DNA of 64,000 nucleotides from positions 1,728,001 to 1,792,000 of the forward strand of contig CAXXKT010000001.1 of the NCBI GenBank assembly GCA_963662405.2. The letters are read 5' to 3'. The notes under the pieces are model-generated. The model saw nothing but the letters and a program-made list of their open reading frames with translations. It had not been told where the DNA came from and did no database searches. A program made the translations under genes and the position numbers. Shown one piece after another: positions 22,257-33,306 of this stretch; within the stretch, counting starts at the first letter, position 1, and each line of letters starts with the position of its first letter. This DNA is from Syntrophales bacterium (GTDB taxonomy: Bacteria; Desulfobacterota; Syntrophia; Syntrophales; UBA2210).

Positions 22257-23372
22257 CTAATCTAAATACTTGGTTTGGACGCTCCGAAGGATGCCTTCCG
22301 TATCCTTCACCACTTTCCTGACCATATCATTAACCACGGGCATGTCTTTGATTTGTTGAGCCGCCTCGCCGGCGGCCATCATTGCCCTTTCCGGATTCCC
22401 TTCGCAAACGGTCTTGATGGACTCGATCTCGTAGTCGATCAGAGACGTATCTTCCATATTCATAGAGCTGTCGGGTGTTCCGAGGAACACGCCGGGAGAT
22501 TTCTGCAGGGTGTTTTTCTGGTGTTCGAGGCTGCGGGATGTTTTTACCCAGCGCGCAGGACCCACAACCCCCCGGGCCACGAGTGTGCCTCGGTCCGGGG
22601 CATCGACAACGGCCTGCTTCCAGATCTGATGGAAGTCGCTTTCCTGCGTCGCGAGGAACCGGGTTCCCATCTGGGCGCCATCGGCTCCCAGGGTCAAGGC
22701 CGCGGCCAGGGTTCTGCCGTCGCAGTATCCACCGGCACCGCATACGAGGGTATTCTCGTCGGAGACGGCTTCGACCACGGCAGGCAGCAGGATCATGGAA
22801 TGGACCGGTTCCCAGGACGTATGAAAGCCGCCTTCATGACCGGACGCCACGATCACATCCACACCCGCCTTTTTGCAGCGCAGGGCGCCTTTCACGGAGG
22901 GGACGACATGCATCCAGGTGAAGCCCACCCCCTTGATCTTTGCCTTCCAGCCAAGGGGATCTCCGGCGGAGGTGAAGATCACCTTGAATGGATTCTTCCT
23001 GTCAGGGTTTTCTTCTCGGACCTTAATGGCTGTGTCGATCATAACCTGTGAGTGTTGAACCAGCTCTGCCGATACCATGACATTGATGCCGAAGATGCCG
23101 CCCGTGTCCTTGACGAGACGATACGTCCGTTTCAGGACCGTCTCGAGCACCGTGGCCATGTCATCGTCACGGTTTGCTTCGCCGCTGTCCACGAAGGCGT
23201 TGTAAATCCAGGGTTGATCATCTTTGTGGAAGAGACCGCTGGTGGAAAGAAGTCCAAGGACACCCGCGTTGGCTACGGCGACACAGACAGTAGTGTTGCT
23301 GAAAGGGCCCATTCCCGCCTGGATGATGGGATATTTGATCCCGACCAGGTCACAGAGCCTTGACTTAATCAT
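22257..23372 (-). CDS. Nitronate monooxygenase/FabK-like flavin oxidoreductase
   Basis: YPIIQAGMG, GHEGGFH, AGGYCDGR, GADGAQMGTRF. Confidence 0.88.
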   Translation of the reverse strand: MIKSRLCDLVGIKYPIIQAGMGPFSNTTVCVAVANAGVLGLLSTSGLFHKDDQPWIYNAFVDSGEANRDDDMATVLETVLKRTYRLVKDTGGIFGINVMVSAELVQHSQVMIDTAIKVREENPDRKNPFKVIFTSAGDPLGWKAKIKGVGFTWMHVVPSVKGALRCKKAGVDVIVASGHEGGFHTSWEPVHSMILLPAVVEAVSDENTLVCGAGGYCDGRTLAAALTLGADGAQMGTRFLATQESDFHQIWKQAVVDAPDRGTLVARGVVGPARWVKTSRSLEHQKNTLQKSPGVFLGTPDSSMNMEDTSLIDYEIESIKTVCEGNPERAMMAAGEAAQQIKDMPVVNDMVRKVVKDTEGILRSVQTKYLD

Positions 23373-23604
23373 GAAAACTACCTCCAAACATTAATGTGTT
23401 ATCGTTGTGGCCCGGAGACCACGGCCCTGCATTCAGGGTGTCTCCCCTGTTCCAGAAATCTCAGCTAATGATTGTATATCGATTTTGTTTTCTAGAGGAA
23501 CGGCGGGTGGGGTCTGGTCATTTTATGACCAAGACTGGCTTCCTATACAGTGGAGGGACCCCTTTTGTCAAGTGAACAAACACAACTGAGTTGAGGAGAT
23601 TTCC

Positions 23605-25692
23605 TTAATCGAACACAACCGGTTCCCGGAGGATGGTCCTTCGTGCCGCGGCGGCCAGGGAGGCTTCCCGGGGATGCGTATCTTTGAGAGATGCTATCTG
23701 GTGAAGGCTGTCCGCCGTTCTTGATATCAGCATGGCCAGATCGCCGTCCGCTACCTTCGCCCGGTGAATGACACGATCCCAGGAGGCCCCCGCCGCCCAT
23801 CCGTAGATCGCAGCGGATGCCCACAGCGGAAGGGGTGCTATGTCGAACCCCGCCTCCGTCATCCTTTCTGCAAGGGGAGATATGGCCCGTGTGACGCGAT
23901 TATACGCCTTGTTGAGGCGTTTCGGCAGAGAGCTCTTGACAATTGTAACGGTGGAGCTCCTGTCACAGACAAAGGATGCGATAACGGCGGCAAGGAGGGC
24001 CTCATTGTCGCGGGGGAGGGCGTTCTCTCTCAGGCATTCCGCGATCAGGAGGGGTTGATCCAGCCTCAACTGTGATGCCCAGATCCCATCTTCCGTGAGG
24101 TGATTTCGTCCGTCCACGAATCCTTCCGCTTTCAGAAAATCGAGGTGCCGATTGAAATCATCCCAGAGGGTCGTTGTGCCCTGTCTCTTCCGATGCTGGT
24201 AATCCGCCAGCGAACGCTGGAAGATCTCTCCGATCTCTTCGGGGGTATGAGAGAGGAGGAGATTGAGAATCATCGAAAAATCACTGCGGAGACGACTTGT
24301 TATCTCTTCCGGTCCCCTGAAAAGGGTCTTTCTGATATGAACAAGGTCCATAAATCGTCCCGGGAAGGTTAACATAAAGCCTATCTTGTCCTTGCCTCTC
24401 CTGCCGGCCCTTCCGGTCATCTGATGGAAGGCGGTCGCGTCCAGGGGGATAAACTCGTGACCATTGAACTGGTCGGAGTTGAAAAGGACCACACTCCGTG
24501 CGGGGAAGTTCACTCCGGCGGCCACGGTGGATGTGGCGAACACCGCATCAAGGTATCCTCCGTTCATCATTGTTTCCACGACGGCTTTCCACAGAGGAAG
24601 CTGACCTCCGTGGTGGGAACCGACCCCGGCATGGCGCAGGGCCTGCAGTTGCTTGTGGTTTTTCAGGTAAGGGTGTCGCATGAGCATCTCGTCGAGGTCC
24701 CGCTCAAAGGGCTCCCGGTTCCGGTGATTTGAAAGGTGTGTGCACAGCTCCACCGCCGCATCACATTCCCCTCGTGATTTCAGGAAGAAGATCGCCGGGA
24801 GGAGATCGAACGCGCGCATGGTTTCTATGATGGAGTCGAAAGGGGGGAGTTTCCCCCTGGAGGAACGTCGGTGTCCCTTTTTCGCGAGCCACGTGGCAGG
24901 GGCCTTGTGGAGTCTGTCCTCGTCCAAGAGAGGTGTTATGAAACCCGGCGGATCGAGAAAAAGAGGGTACAATGGGACGGGTCGGATCGTATCTTCCACG
25001 ACGACGCATTCCTTGCCCCTGAGGGTACTCAGCCACCCGGCAATCTCCCGGTTGTTTCCGATGGTCGCGGAGAGGAGAAGCAGACGCACCCTGACGGGAA
25101 GGTAGATCATGATCTCTTCCCATACCACCCCCCGGTCTTTGTCTCCCAGAAAGTGTGCCTCATCCAGGATGACAAGGTCATAATCGAGACTTTCGCCCCG
25201 GTACATGGCTTCATACAGCTTGTTCCGCAGGATCTCGGTTGTCCCGACGATGATGGGGGCATCCGCATTTTCCTTGGTGTCTCCGGTCAGGATTCCGACT
25301 TGTCCATCTCCGAAGATATCGCCAAACTCGGTTCGTTTCGAGTTGGTCAGGGCCTTGAGGGGAGAGGCGTACCAGCAGCGTCCTCCCTCCGCGTGGATTA
25401 ATTGGATGGCCTTCTCGGCAATCCATGTTTTTCCCGCTCCGGTTGGTGCCGTTACGAGGCAGTCGGTTTGCCGTATGGTCTCGATGGCTTCAAGCTGGAA
25501 AGGGTCCGGGGTCAAAGGCGCCGGATCCGGATTCCCGATACGGGCAAATACCTTCTCTAACGCGGGATCCGCCTTCGGTTGAACCGCTTTTCGCTCTTCC
25601 CGATGTATGCGCGGGTTCTTGCCCGTGGAATGGTGGAATGGTTTTCCTGCTTTTCGGGGGATGGTGTGTATCTTTCGTTTGTATGTTGTCAT
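23605..25692 (-). CDS. SF2 DEAH-box helicase, Ski2/HelY-like
   Basis: APTGAGKT, SPLKALTN, DEAH, LSAT, QMTGRAGRRG; start set to ATG 25692 (uncertain). Confidence 0.9.
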   Translation of the reverse strand: MTTYKRKIHTIPRKAGKPFHHSTGKNPRIHREERKAVQPKADPALEKVFARIGNPDPAPLTPDPFQLEAIETIRQTDCLVTAPTGAGKTWIAEKAIQLIHAEGGRCWYASPLKALTNSKRTEFGDIFGDGQVGILTGDTKENADAPIIVGTTEILRNKLYEAMYRGESLDYDLVILDEAHFLGDKDRGVVWEEIMIYLPVRVRLLLLSATIGNNREIAGWLSTLRGKECVVVEDTIRPVPLYPLFLDPPGFITPLLDEDRLHKAPATWLAKKGHRRSSRGKLPPFDSIIETMRAFDLLPAIFFLKSRGECDAAVELCTHLSNHRNREPFERDLDEMLMRHPYLKNHKQLQALRHAGVGSHHGGQLPLWKAVVETMMNGGYLDAVFATSTVAAGVNFPARSVVLFNSDQFNGHEFIPLDATAFHQMTGRAGRRGKDKIGFMLTFPGRFMDLVHIRKTLFRGPEEITSRLRSDFSMILNLLLSHTPEEIGEIFQRSLADYQHRKRQGTTTLWDDFNRHLDFLKAEGFVDGRNHLTEDGIWASQLRLDQPLLIAECLRENALPRDNEALLAAVIASFVCDRSSTVTIVKSSLPKRLNKAYNRVTRAISPLAERMTEAGFDIAPLPLWASAAIYGWAAGASWDRVIHRAKVADGDLAMLISRTADSLHQIASLKDTHPREASLAAAARRTILREPVVFD

Positions 25693-26416
25693 AAGAGGAT
25701 AGTGCAAACTCCGATGTGTCCTATGGGATGACTGGTAGATATCACACTTTGAGGGACTTGTAAAAAAAGGAGATTGTCGTATGGCGATCCCCGACGGGGA
25801 AAGGGGGGATCGCCGGGAGCCGGCTTTGTCTCCCCCGCCGTTTCGATAAGACTTCATATGTTCGCAGTGGCCTGATCAACTTGATACCGGTACCTCGATG
25901 GATCATAACGGCCAGGGTTCGGATTGTCGTGGTCGGTTTGATGGCTGCGGATTTTGTTCGGACACCGACGAATGACGAATGCCCTCGTTTTGATTATCCT
26001 TTCACCGGTTTCCTCCGGATTCAGAGCGAAGACGAACGGTGCCGTATGGCCGAGATCGCGAGAGGCGGGTATCACTGTAAGGGCGGCTTCTTCAACAATC
26101 CAATCCGATGGTTTGGGACAGCGTACCGCTGTATTTTAACCACTGAAAATCAGAAAGCTAAATGATAACTATCTGAAATTATTAGACAGCTGTAGATGCC
26201 TGTCTTGCGGGCAATCCGGTATAAGTGAGAAGTTGAAGCACACTTGCGTTTCCTTTCAACAGCGTTATCAACAGGTCTGTCAACAGGACTGTGGATTGTT
26301 GGCGTTGTGTTTTGTCGTACTGGAAATTACATGAAATCTCCCCGGAGATATCCGCAATGAGAGATCCGTTGGGGAACCTCGAAAGGTGGGTGAACCGAAC
26401 GTGTAAGCGGGGTGTA

Positions 26417-26493
26417 TGGTGGGCCGTACCGGATTTGAACCGGTGACCAACTGATTAAAAGTCAGCTGCTCTACCAAACTGAGCTAACGGCCC
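26417..26493 (-). tRNA. tRNA-Lys(UUU)
   Basis: Minus strand GGGCCGTTAGCTCAGTTTGGTAGAGCAGCTGACTTTTAATCAGTTGGTCACCGGTTCAAATCCGGTACGGCCCACCA; cloverleaf, TTT anticodon, encoded CCA. Confidence 0.97.
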
Positions 26494-26644
26494 CTGATCC
26501 TGCCGTGATAAGCGCTGCTACCTAACAAGAAGAGGGCTCAAATGCAAGAAGAAAATGACAGTCCTGTTGTCAAGAGGTGGACAGTATGATAAACAATATC
26601 CGCTCTCGAGCGGTGTCGGATACCGATATGAGGATGGTCTGAAT

Positions 26645-27466
26645 ATGCACGATATACTAAGAAAAGTCCAGGTCAATGTGCCCTTTCGGATGCTGGTTGA
26701 CGGGTATCTCGATCTGATCCTGAAAGAAAGGATCAATCCGGAAATCGGCTTGGATTGTCTTGCACTTGACCGTTTCAAGCGGAGTGAATTCCGCGACGTG
26801 GCTGATGCCCTCCACGGTGCGGGGCTTTCCGTTACCCTGCACGCCCCTTTTTTTGACCTGAGGCCCGGCGCCATTGACCGAAAGATACGGGCGGTAACGG
26901 TGGAACGCCTCAGGCAGGCCTTTGATCTGGTCCCCTGCTTCAGGCCGCGGACCGTGGTTTGTCATGCCGCCTTTGACGAGAAATACTATGTGTCCCACGA
27001 GCGGGAGTGGCTGGAAAGCAGCAGAGAAACATGGCGTGATATCGTGAAGATGATCGCTGAAACGGAGACGCGGGTGGCGATCGAAAATGTATATGAGAGC
27101 AGTCCGGCGCTCCTCCGTCTCCTGCTGGACACATGGGGAGAATCGCCCGATATCTGCTTCTGCTTCGACACCGGACACTTCAACGCCTTTTCCCGGTCGG
27201 ATCTCGGTGCATGGATGGATGCCATTGGTCCCCGGATCGGTCAGATTCACCTCCATGATAACCATGGCGCATTCGATGAACACCTGCCGGTGGGGGAGGG
27301 GAGCTTCCCTTTTCAACGGTTCTTCGGGTTGCTGCGGCAAAGGAACATCGAACCGATCATCACACTGGAGCCGCATACGCAGGAAAACCTGTGGCGTACA
27401 CTGCAAAATATCAGACGAATGGGACTAGCCGGAGAGGTGGATCGCTGTGCTCGGATATATTCTTAA
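26645..27466 (+). CDS. Sugar phosphate isomerase/epimerase (AP endonuclease 2) TIM-barrel protein
   Basis: LHAPF.DL, IENVYE, CFDTGH, IHLHDN...DEHL, LEPH metal motifs. Confidence 0.85.
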   Translation: MHDILRKVQVNVPFRMLVDGYLDLILKERINPEIGLDCLALDRFKRSEFRDVADALHGAGLSVTLHAPFFDLRPGAIDRKIRAVTVERLRQAFDLVPCFRPRTVVCHAAFDEKYYVSHEREWLESSRETWRDIVKMIAETETRVAIENVYESSPALLRLLLDTWGESPDICFCFDTGHFNAFSRSDLGAWMDAIGPRIGQIHLHDNHGAFDEHLPVGEGSFPFQRFFGLLRQRNIEPIITLEPHTQENLWRTLQNIRRMGLAGEVDRCARIYS

Positions 27467-28421
27467 ACGTCTGCTCCTTATGGTGCCTCTTCTCGTGGGG
27501 ATTACGATCGTTTGTTTTGTCGTGATCCACTTGACTCCCGGTTCTCCCACCGATATGCAGACGGATCTGAACCCGCGGGTCTCGGCAGAGGCGAAGGCGC
27601 GTCTCCAGTCGATGTATGATCTCGACAAACCCATCCACGAGCAGTACCTGCTGTGGGTCGGACGGCTCGCGACCCTTGACTTGGGACGATCCTTTTCCCC
27701 CGATCACCGGCCGGTTATCGACAAGATAGCGGAGCGAATCCCCATCACGATCATCATCAACGTTCTCTCGATGGGCCTGATCATCTTGGTTGCCATTCCC
27801 ATCGGTGTTCTCTCCGCGGTACGTCAGGACTCTCTCTTCGATAAGGCGACGGCGGTCATTGTATTCATCGGATTTGCCGTTCCCACCTTCTGGCTCGCCC
27901 TTCTCCTGATGATCCTCTTCGGGGTGGACTTGGGCTGGCTCCCCATATCGGGGATCCGGTCCCTGAACTATGAGTATCTTCCCCCCCTCGCGGCTGCTGT
28001 TGATCTCCTGAAACACCTCATCCTGCCGGTCCTTCTCTCGGCCTTCGGGGGGCTTGCGGGGCTCTCACGCTACATGCGTTCCAATATGCTGGAGGTGATC
28101 CGACAGGATTACATCACGACGGCGCGTGCCAAGGGGCTCAGCGAGCGGGTCGTTATCTATAAGCACGCGCTGAGGAACGCCCTTCTCCCGGTCATCACGA
28201 TCCTGGGGCTGTCAATCCCCGGTCTCATCGGGGGGAGTGTCATCTTTGAAACGATATTCGCCATCCCGGGGATGGGGCAGCTTTTCTACATGTCCGTCAT
28301 GTCACGCGATTATCCCGTGGTTATGGGGATCCTCTTTATCGGGGCGGTCCTGACGCTGATTGGAAACCTGGTGGCCGATATTTCCTATGCCGTGGCTGAC
28401 CCACGGATACGGGTCGCATAG
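27447..28421 (+). CDS. Peptide/nickel ABC permease (DppB/OppB-like)
   Basis: [50 protein letters not shown]. Confidence 0.93.
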   Translation: MLGYILKRLLLMVPLLVGITIVCFVVIHLTPGSPTDMQTDLNPRVSAEAKARLQSMYDLDKPIHEQYLLWVGRLATLDLGRSFSPDHRPVIDKIAERIPITIIINVLSMGLIILVAIPIGVLSAVRQDSLFDKATAVIVFIGFAVPTFWLALLLMILFGVDLGWLPISGIRSLNYEYLPPLAAAVDLLKHLILPVLLSAFGGLAGLSRYMRSNMLEVIRQDYITTARAKGLSERVVIYKHALRNALLPVITILGLSIPGLIGGSVIFETIFAIPGMGQLFYMSVMSRDYPVVMGILFIGAVLTLIGNLVADISYAVADPRIRVA

Positions 28422-28439
28422 CATGTCTCTTGAGGGGGA

Positions 28440-29279
28440 ATGAGCGTCATGAAAACGGATTTCTGGTACCGATTCTTCAGGAACAGGATGGCGGTGGCGG
28501 GAGGGGTGGTGGTTCTTATCCTCTTTGTCATTTCCCTCTGTGCTCCCTGGCTTTCCCCCTATGACCCGAATGAGATAAACTTACATAAGGTCTTGGTCTC
28601 CCCCTCCCACGCTCACCTCTTCGGGACCGATCAGTTGGGGCGTGATGTCCTGAGCCGGGTGATAGGGGGGGCCGGTATATCGCTCAAGGTAGGGTTTGTG
28701 GCAACCGGTTTCTCGCTGCTGGTAGGGGTCATCCTTGGTGCCCTTGCCGGCTATTACGGGGGGTGGATCGATGCGGTGATCATGCGCTTTGTCGATATCA
28801 TGCTCTGTTTTCCGGCCTTTTTTCTGATCCTTGCCGTTATTGCCATCCTGGAGCCTTCGATTTGGAATATCATGATCGTAATTGGCCTGACCGGTTGGAT
28901 GGGGATTACCCGTCTGGTGAGGGCCGACTTCATCTCTCTCAGAGAGCGGGACTTTGTGCAGGCGGCTCGTGCCATCGGGGCCGGTGACCTGCGCATTATC
29001 TTCCGGCATATCCTGCCCAACGCCATGGCATCCATCCTGGTGGCCGCCACCCTCGGCGTTGCGGGGGCCATCCTGACGGAATCGGCGCTCAGCTTTCTGG
29101 GGATCGGTGTACAGCCCCCCACGCCGAGTTGGGGGAATATCCTCACGGCGGGGAAGAACAATATTGACATTGCTTGGTGGCTTTCACTCTATCCGGGACT
29201 GGCAATTCTGCTAACCGTCCTGGGATATAACCTGCTGGGCGAAGGGATACGGGATTCCCTCGACCCGCGCCTTAGGTAA
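28440..29279 (+). CDS. Peptide/nickel ABC permease (DppC/OppC-like)
   Basis: HLFGTDQLGRDVLSR, FVQAARAIGA, RHILPNA, ESALSFLG. Confidence 0.93.
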   Translation: MSVMKTDFWYRFFRNRMAVAGGVVVLILFVISLCAPWLSPYDPNEINLHKVLVSPSHAHLFGTDQLGRDVLSRVIGGAGISLKVGFVATGFSLLVGVILGALAGYYGGWIDAVIMRFVDIMLCFPAFFLILAVIAILEPSIWNIMIVIGLTGWMGITRLVRADFISLRERDFVQAARAIGAGDLRIIFRHILPNAMASILVAATLGVAGAILTESALSFLGIGVQPPTPSWGNILTAGKNNIDIAWWLSLYPGLAILLTVLGYNLLGEGIRDSLDPRLR

Positions 29280-29320
29280 GAGCTTGTAGTCGGATCGAAT
29301 TGGAGAGGAAGGAGTAGTCA

Positions 29321-30097
29321 ATGCTGATTGATTCTCACGCTCATTTGGAGATGGATGACTTTGACGGTGATCGAGAGGCCGTTATACAGAGGGCACGGGA
29401 AGAAGGTGTCGACCGCATCGTGACGGTCGGACTGAATCTTGAGGATAGCCGGAGGGCGGTTGCCCTTGCCGAACGGTACGATGTCATCTATGCCTCCGTG
29501 GGGGTACACCCACATGACGTTACGGGGATTGATGGGACAACGTATGATTTGCTCAGTGCGTTGTCGGAGCATGAGAAGGTCATTGCCTATGGCGAGATCG
29601 GGCTCGATTTTTTCAGAAACTTGTCGCCGAGGGATCTGCAGATACGGCGGTTTGCCGAACAGTTGGAACTGGCTGGAGAACTGGGCCTGCCGATCATTAT
29701 CCACGACCGCGAGGCACACAGCGAGACGGTCGAAATGCTCGCGGCCCAAAAGAACGATCAAGGAGGGGTGATTCACTGCTTTTCGGGTGATTACGATATG
29801 GCCGCGAGATGCCTGGACATGGGTTTGTATATCTCCATTCCCGGGACGATCACCTTCAAGAAATCGGATGTGCTCCGGGATATCGTCGGGAAGATTCCCC
29901 TGGATCGGCTGTTGGTCGAGACGGATTGCCCCTTTCTTTCCCCCGAACCGAAACGGGGAAAGCGAAATGAACCGGCGTATGTGGCATACACCGCCCGGCG
30001 GATTGCCGAAATAAAGCACCTTCCGTTCGAAGAGGTGGCGGAAGCGACCTCTCGGAATGCCGAGGCTCTCTTCAAAATCCAAAAGAAACATACGTGA
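29321..30097 (+). CDS. tatD: TatD-family nuclease
   Basis: DSHAH, GVHPH, GEIGLD, IHDREAH, HCFSG, ETDCPF. Confidence 0.95.
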   Translation: MLIDSHAHLEMDDFDGDREAVIQRAREEGVDRIVTVGLNLEDSRRAVALAERYDVIYASVGVHPHDVTGIDGTTYDLLSALSEHEKVIAYGEIGLDFFRNLSPRDLQIRRFAEQLELAGELGLPIIIHDREAHSETVEMLAAQKNDQGGVIHCFSGDYDMAARCLDMGLYISIPGTITFKKSDVLRDIVGKIPLDRLLVETDCPFLSPEPKRGKRNEPAYVAYTARRIAEIKHLPFEEVAEATSRNAEALFKIQKKHT

Positions 30098-30275
30098 TGC
30101 CTCGCCAGGATATTCCCCTTCCTCGGTCATAAAATGAACATGATCGACTGGAGACACGCACCGGCCGATAAGATGCGTGGTGAGGTCGTCTACTCACCCG
30201 GAGCATGTTGCCCTGTAGGGGTTGAGATGCGCACTATTCCTGAACCGTAGTGGATTGCCAGAGGGGCTGACACGG

Positions 30276-30288
30276 CAACTGATTGATA
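30276..30288. promoter_or_regulatory. IHF consensus site upstream of the ABC/CoA-transferase operon
   Basis: Reverse strand TATCAATCAGTTG matches WATCAANNNNTTR exactly; ~70 bp upstream of TTGACA at 30355. Confidence 0.5.
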
Positions 30289-30354
30289 AGCCGGTTATAT
30301 TTTTTGGGTTACATATCGAACGCAAAAGTAATAAGGGATTGACGCACTTTTTCC

Positions 30355-30384
30355 TTGACACAGCAATTCAAGCTTTGTTATACG
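30355..30384 (+). promoter_or_regulatory. Putative sigma70 promoter of the ABC operon
   Basis: TTGACA followed at 17-18 bp by TGTTATAC. Confidence 0.45.
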
Positions 30385-30637
30385 TCCCCCACACTGAGGG
30401 AGCTTTGGTAGTGATACCCCGGGGGGGGATCTAAGCCAGTCGATATATACCAACCACATAATTAGTCCTAGAAGAACACAATATGCTTAAGTACATTGTG
30501 ATCTCTTATATAGCGTAGCGAATGATATAAACCGGGTGGTCCGTGGGATTCGCCCCCTTTATACATGGCGGTCCTCGATCTTATATTGAGGTAACCGGGG
30601 AAGTTACAAAATACCTCCGGAAAGGAGTTGAGGATTA

Positions 30638-31513
30638 ATGGTTGATACGATTTTGTTTGTTCTGGTTTTCGGTTTCCTAATGGGGGCCGTCTATCTGCTC
30701 ATTGCGCTGGGGTTCACTCTGATCTGCGGCGTTTTGAGAATCTTTCATCTCGGTTACGCCTATCTCTTTCCCCTTACCATCTACGGAACATGGTTCTTTA
30801 TGTCTGAGTTGAACCTCCCACTGATTCCGTCCATGGTCGGCATGGTCGTTGTCCAACTCATCGTCTCATATCTCATCTACGTTTTCATGGTGAAGCGGTA
30901 TCTGGATGATGAGATGACGCTTTTGACGGGGCTTCTCATCGTTGCCCTGATCGTCGATCAACTGGCAGCGTGGCGCTACCCGATTCAGGAGGGGGTGTAT
31001 CTTAATACAACACTGATGGACGGTATCTGGTCAGTCGGTCTTGCCGTGGTACCGAAACAGCTTGTCCTGTCATCGCTCATCGCCCTTGGTATGACGGGAC
31101 TGTTTGCTCTCTTTTTCATCAAGACGAGAGCCGGGCTTGCCGTCCGGGCCCTGTCCCAGGATATCCTGAATTCCCAGTTCGTGGGACTGAACGTTGAAAA
31201 ACTGTATAACCTGACCATGATGCTCGTTCTGGTACCGGTTATTGTCGCCATGCTTCTCATCGCACCGATCTGGACCGTGGAACCGGCTATGGGATGGCAG
31301 TACATGACCACCGCGATCCTGATCGCTGTGCTGGGGGGGCTTGGAAATATCAAGGGTACCATCATCGCGGCCTTTCTGATCGGCATCGACCACGCGCTTA
31401 TGTGTTTCGTGGTGGGCGAACCGCGGTTTATGAATCTATCGGCTCTGGTCCTGGTTATGGTGATCCTGGTAGTACGACCCCAAGGAATTGCGAGGAGTGA
31501 ATCATTATGGTAG
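30638..31513 (+). CDS. Branched-chain amino acid-type ABC permease (LivH-like)
   Basis: YLLIALGFTLICGV, TRAGLAVRALSQD, VLGGLGNIKG, RPQGI. Confidence 0.9.
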   Translation: MVDTILFVLVFGFLMGAVYLLIALGFTLICGVLRIFHLGYAYLFPLTIYGTWFFMSELNLPLIPSMVGMVVVQLIVSYLIYVFMVKRYLDDEMTLLTGLLIVALIVDQLAAWRYPIQEGVYLNTTLMDGIWSVGLAVVPKQLVLSSLIALGMTGLFALFFIKTRAGLAVRALSQDILNSQFVGLNVEKLYNLTMMLVLVPVIVAMLLIAPIWTVEPAMGWQYMTTAILIAVLGGLGNIKGTIIAAFLIGIDHALMCFVVGEPRFMNLSALVLVMVILVVRPQGIARSESLW

Positions 31514-32553
31514 ACGTTGAAATCAAAAGAGATCGGATCGTTATTCGGTGGAAGGAGAAAAAGTGGGACTGGATGATCGAGCCCCGGTACTGGCGGAATA
31601 CCATGTACTGGACGATCGCCATGATCCTCTTCCCCATATTTGCCTTTTTCTTCAGCCCCGGGCTCATCAATACAATGGTTTCGGCCAATATCTACGCCGC
31701 TATCGCCATTCCCCTGTCGCTGATGACCGTCGGAACGGGGCGGATCAACTTCGGCCCCAACTTTTACATCGGTGTCGGGGGGTATGTGGCGGCGCTTCTC
31801 AGCATCCATATGGGGTGGGGGCCCTTTGTAACACTCCCCGTTGCGATCATTGTCACGGCTTTTTCGGCATTGATCTTCAGCCCGTTGGTCGTCATGGCCC
31901 GTGGTCTCTACTACGTGCTCCTGACACTGCTCCTCCCCTTGGTGTTTCTGGAGATCACCTTCATCTATACGGGCGTCTTCAAAGGGGACGTGGGACTCTT
32001 CGGGATCGAGCTCTTATTTGATCTCGGGAGCGCGAAGTTCAACTTCATCGCGGCCGCCTATATATCGTCCGCCTTTGTGCTCCTTTTCCTCCTGATTTCC
32101 AATAAGATCCTCAAGTCACGGTACGGCCTGATTATGGCGGCGATCAATGACGATGAAGAGGTGGCTCACGGCATCGGAGTCAATATTAATCTGGTCAAAA
32201 TCCTTACCTTTATTGGTGCCTCCGCGATGATCGGTGTGATGGGGTGGTTTATGGCCCATTACTTCGGGACCTTCTCGGGTATTACCTACCTGCCCATGAC
32301 CTACATGCTCAAGATCCTCCTGGTCTTCATGGTGGGTGGTCGTGCACAGGTCTTCGGGTGTGTCGCCGGCGGCTATTTCGTCGCCTTCCTCGAGGAATTT
32401 CTGATCCGGGTCATGGGGGACTTCCAACCCGTTGCCTTCCCGATTATACTCTTGATTCTCCTTTTCGTGCTTCCGCGTGGAGAGGGGCTGTTCGGTCTTT
32501 ACCGTAGGCGGCACTACCGGGAATACATGCCGCAAATTCACGTGCGGAGGTAA
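31507..32553 (+). CDS. ABC permease (LivM-like)
   Basis: GRINFG..FYIGVGGY, SRYGLIMAAINDDE.VA..IGVN, VGG. Confidence 0.88.
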   Translation: MVDVEIKRDRIVIRWKEKKWDWMIEPRYWRNTMYWTIAMILFPIFAFFFSPGLINTMVSANIYAAIAIPLSLMTVGTGRINFGPNFYIGVGGYVAALLSIHMGWGPFVTLPVAIIVTAFSALIFSPLVVMARGLYYVLLTLLLPLVFLEITFIYTGVFKGDVGLFGIELLFDLGSAKFNFIAAAYISSAFVLLFLLISNKILKSRYGLIMAAINDDEEVAHGIGVNINLVKILTFIGASAMIGVMGWFMAHYFGTFSGITYLPMTYMLKILLVFMVGGRAQVFGCVAGGYFVAFLEEFLIRVMGDFQPVAFPIILLILLFVLPRGEGLFGLYRRRHYREYMPQIHVRR

Positions 32554-32559
32554 AAAACG

Positions 32560-33306
32560 ATGTCGGATATTCTCACATGCACCAATATCACCAAGCGGTT
32601 CGGCGGCCTTGTCGCAATCGATGACGTAGGCTTCAGCATAAAAAAGGGAGAGACGCTGGGATTTATCGGGCCCAACGGCGCGGGGAAATCCACGATGGTC
32701 AATGTCATGGGCGGGTATCTGAAGGCGGATGCCGGCAAGATTGTCCTTGACGAGGTGGATATTACCAAAATGCCCCCTCACAAGAGGGTGCATCAGGGGC
32801 TTGCACGGACCTATCAGATTCCCCGGCCCTTTCCTGAACTGACGGCACTGATGAGCGTGGAGGTGGCGAGCCTCTGCGGAAAAAGGCGGAAGAATCAGAG
32901 CTTGGAGGATGGAGCCGGTGATGCTACCCACTATCTTGAATTCGTCGGCCTTTTCAGCAAGAGGAACATCTTGGCTCGTGATCTGACATTCTACGAGCTT
33001 CGGATGCTGGAGCTGGCCCGTGCACTTGCCACAACCCCGAAGGTTCTCTTTATCGATGAGGTTATGGCGGGGCTCAACCCCGGTGAGGCAAGCGCCGCAG
33101 TCAAGATGGTTCTCAAGGCAAAGGAGCAGTTCGCACTGTCGATCTTCTGGATCGAGCACGTCATGGCGGTTCTTGTGGAAGCGGCGGATCGGATCGTGGC
33201 TATTGAGTATGGTCAGAAGATTGCCGAAGGGACTCCTGATGAGGTTGTGAATAACGACAGGGTAATTGAAGCTTACCTGGGTAAGGGGTGGAAGAACTAT
33301 GCTTGA
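32560..33306 (+). CDS. ABC ATPase (LivG-like)
   Basis: FGGLVA, GPNGAGKST, ARTYQ, DEVMAGLN, IEH, VIEAYLG. Confidence 0.92.
   Translation: MSDILTCTNITKRFGGLVAIDDVGFSIKKGETLGFIGPNGAGKSTMVNVMGGYLKADAGKIVLDEVDITKMPPHKRVHQGLARTYQIPRPFPELTALMSVEVASLCGKRRKNQSLEDGAGDATHYLEFVGLFSKRNILARDLTFYELRMLELARALATTPKVLFIDEVMAGLNPGEASAAVKMVLKAKEQFALSIFWIEHVMAVLVEAADRIVAIEYGQKIAEGTPDEVVNNDRVIEAYLGKGWKNYA

Noticed and set aside
25860..26416. Integrated element at the tRNA-Lys 3' end
   Set aside because: No integrase and no duplicated tRNA 3' end noticed in the window; the short ORFs here have no recognisable features.
27447..29279. Peptide ABC permeases without ATPase or binding protein as a novel system
   Set aside because: Split opp/dpp loci are common; partners are probably elsewhere in the genome.
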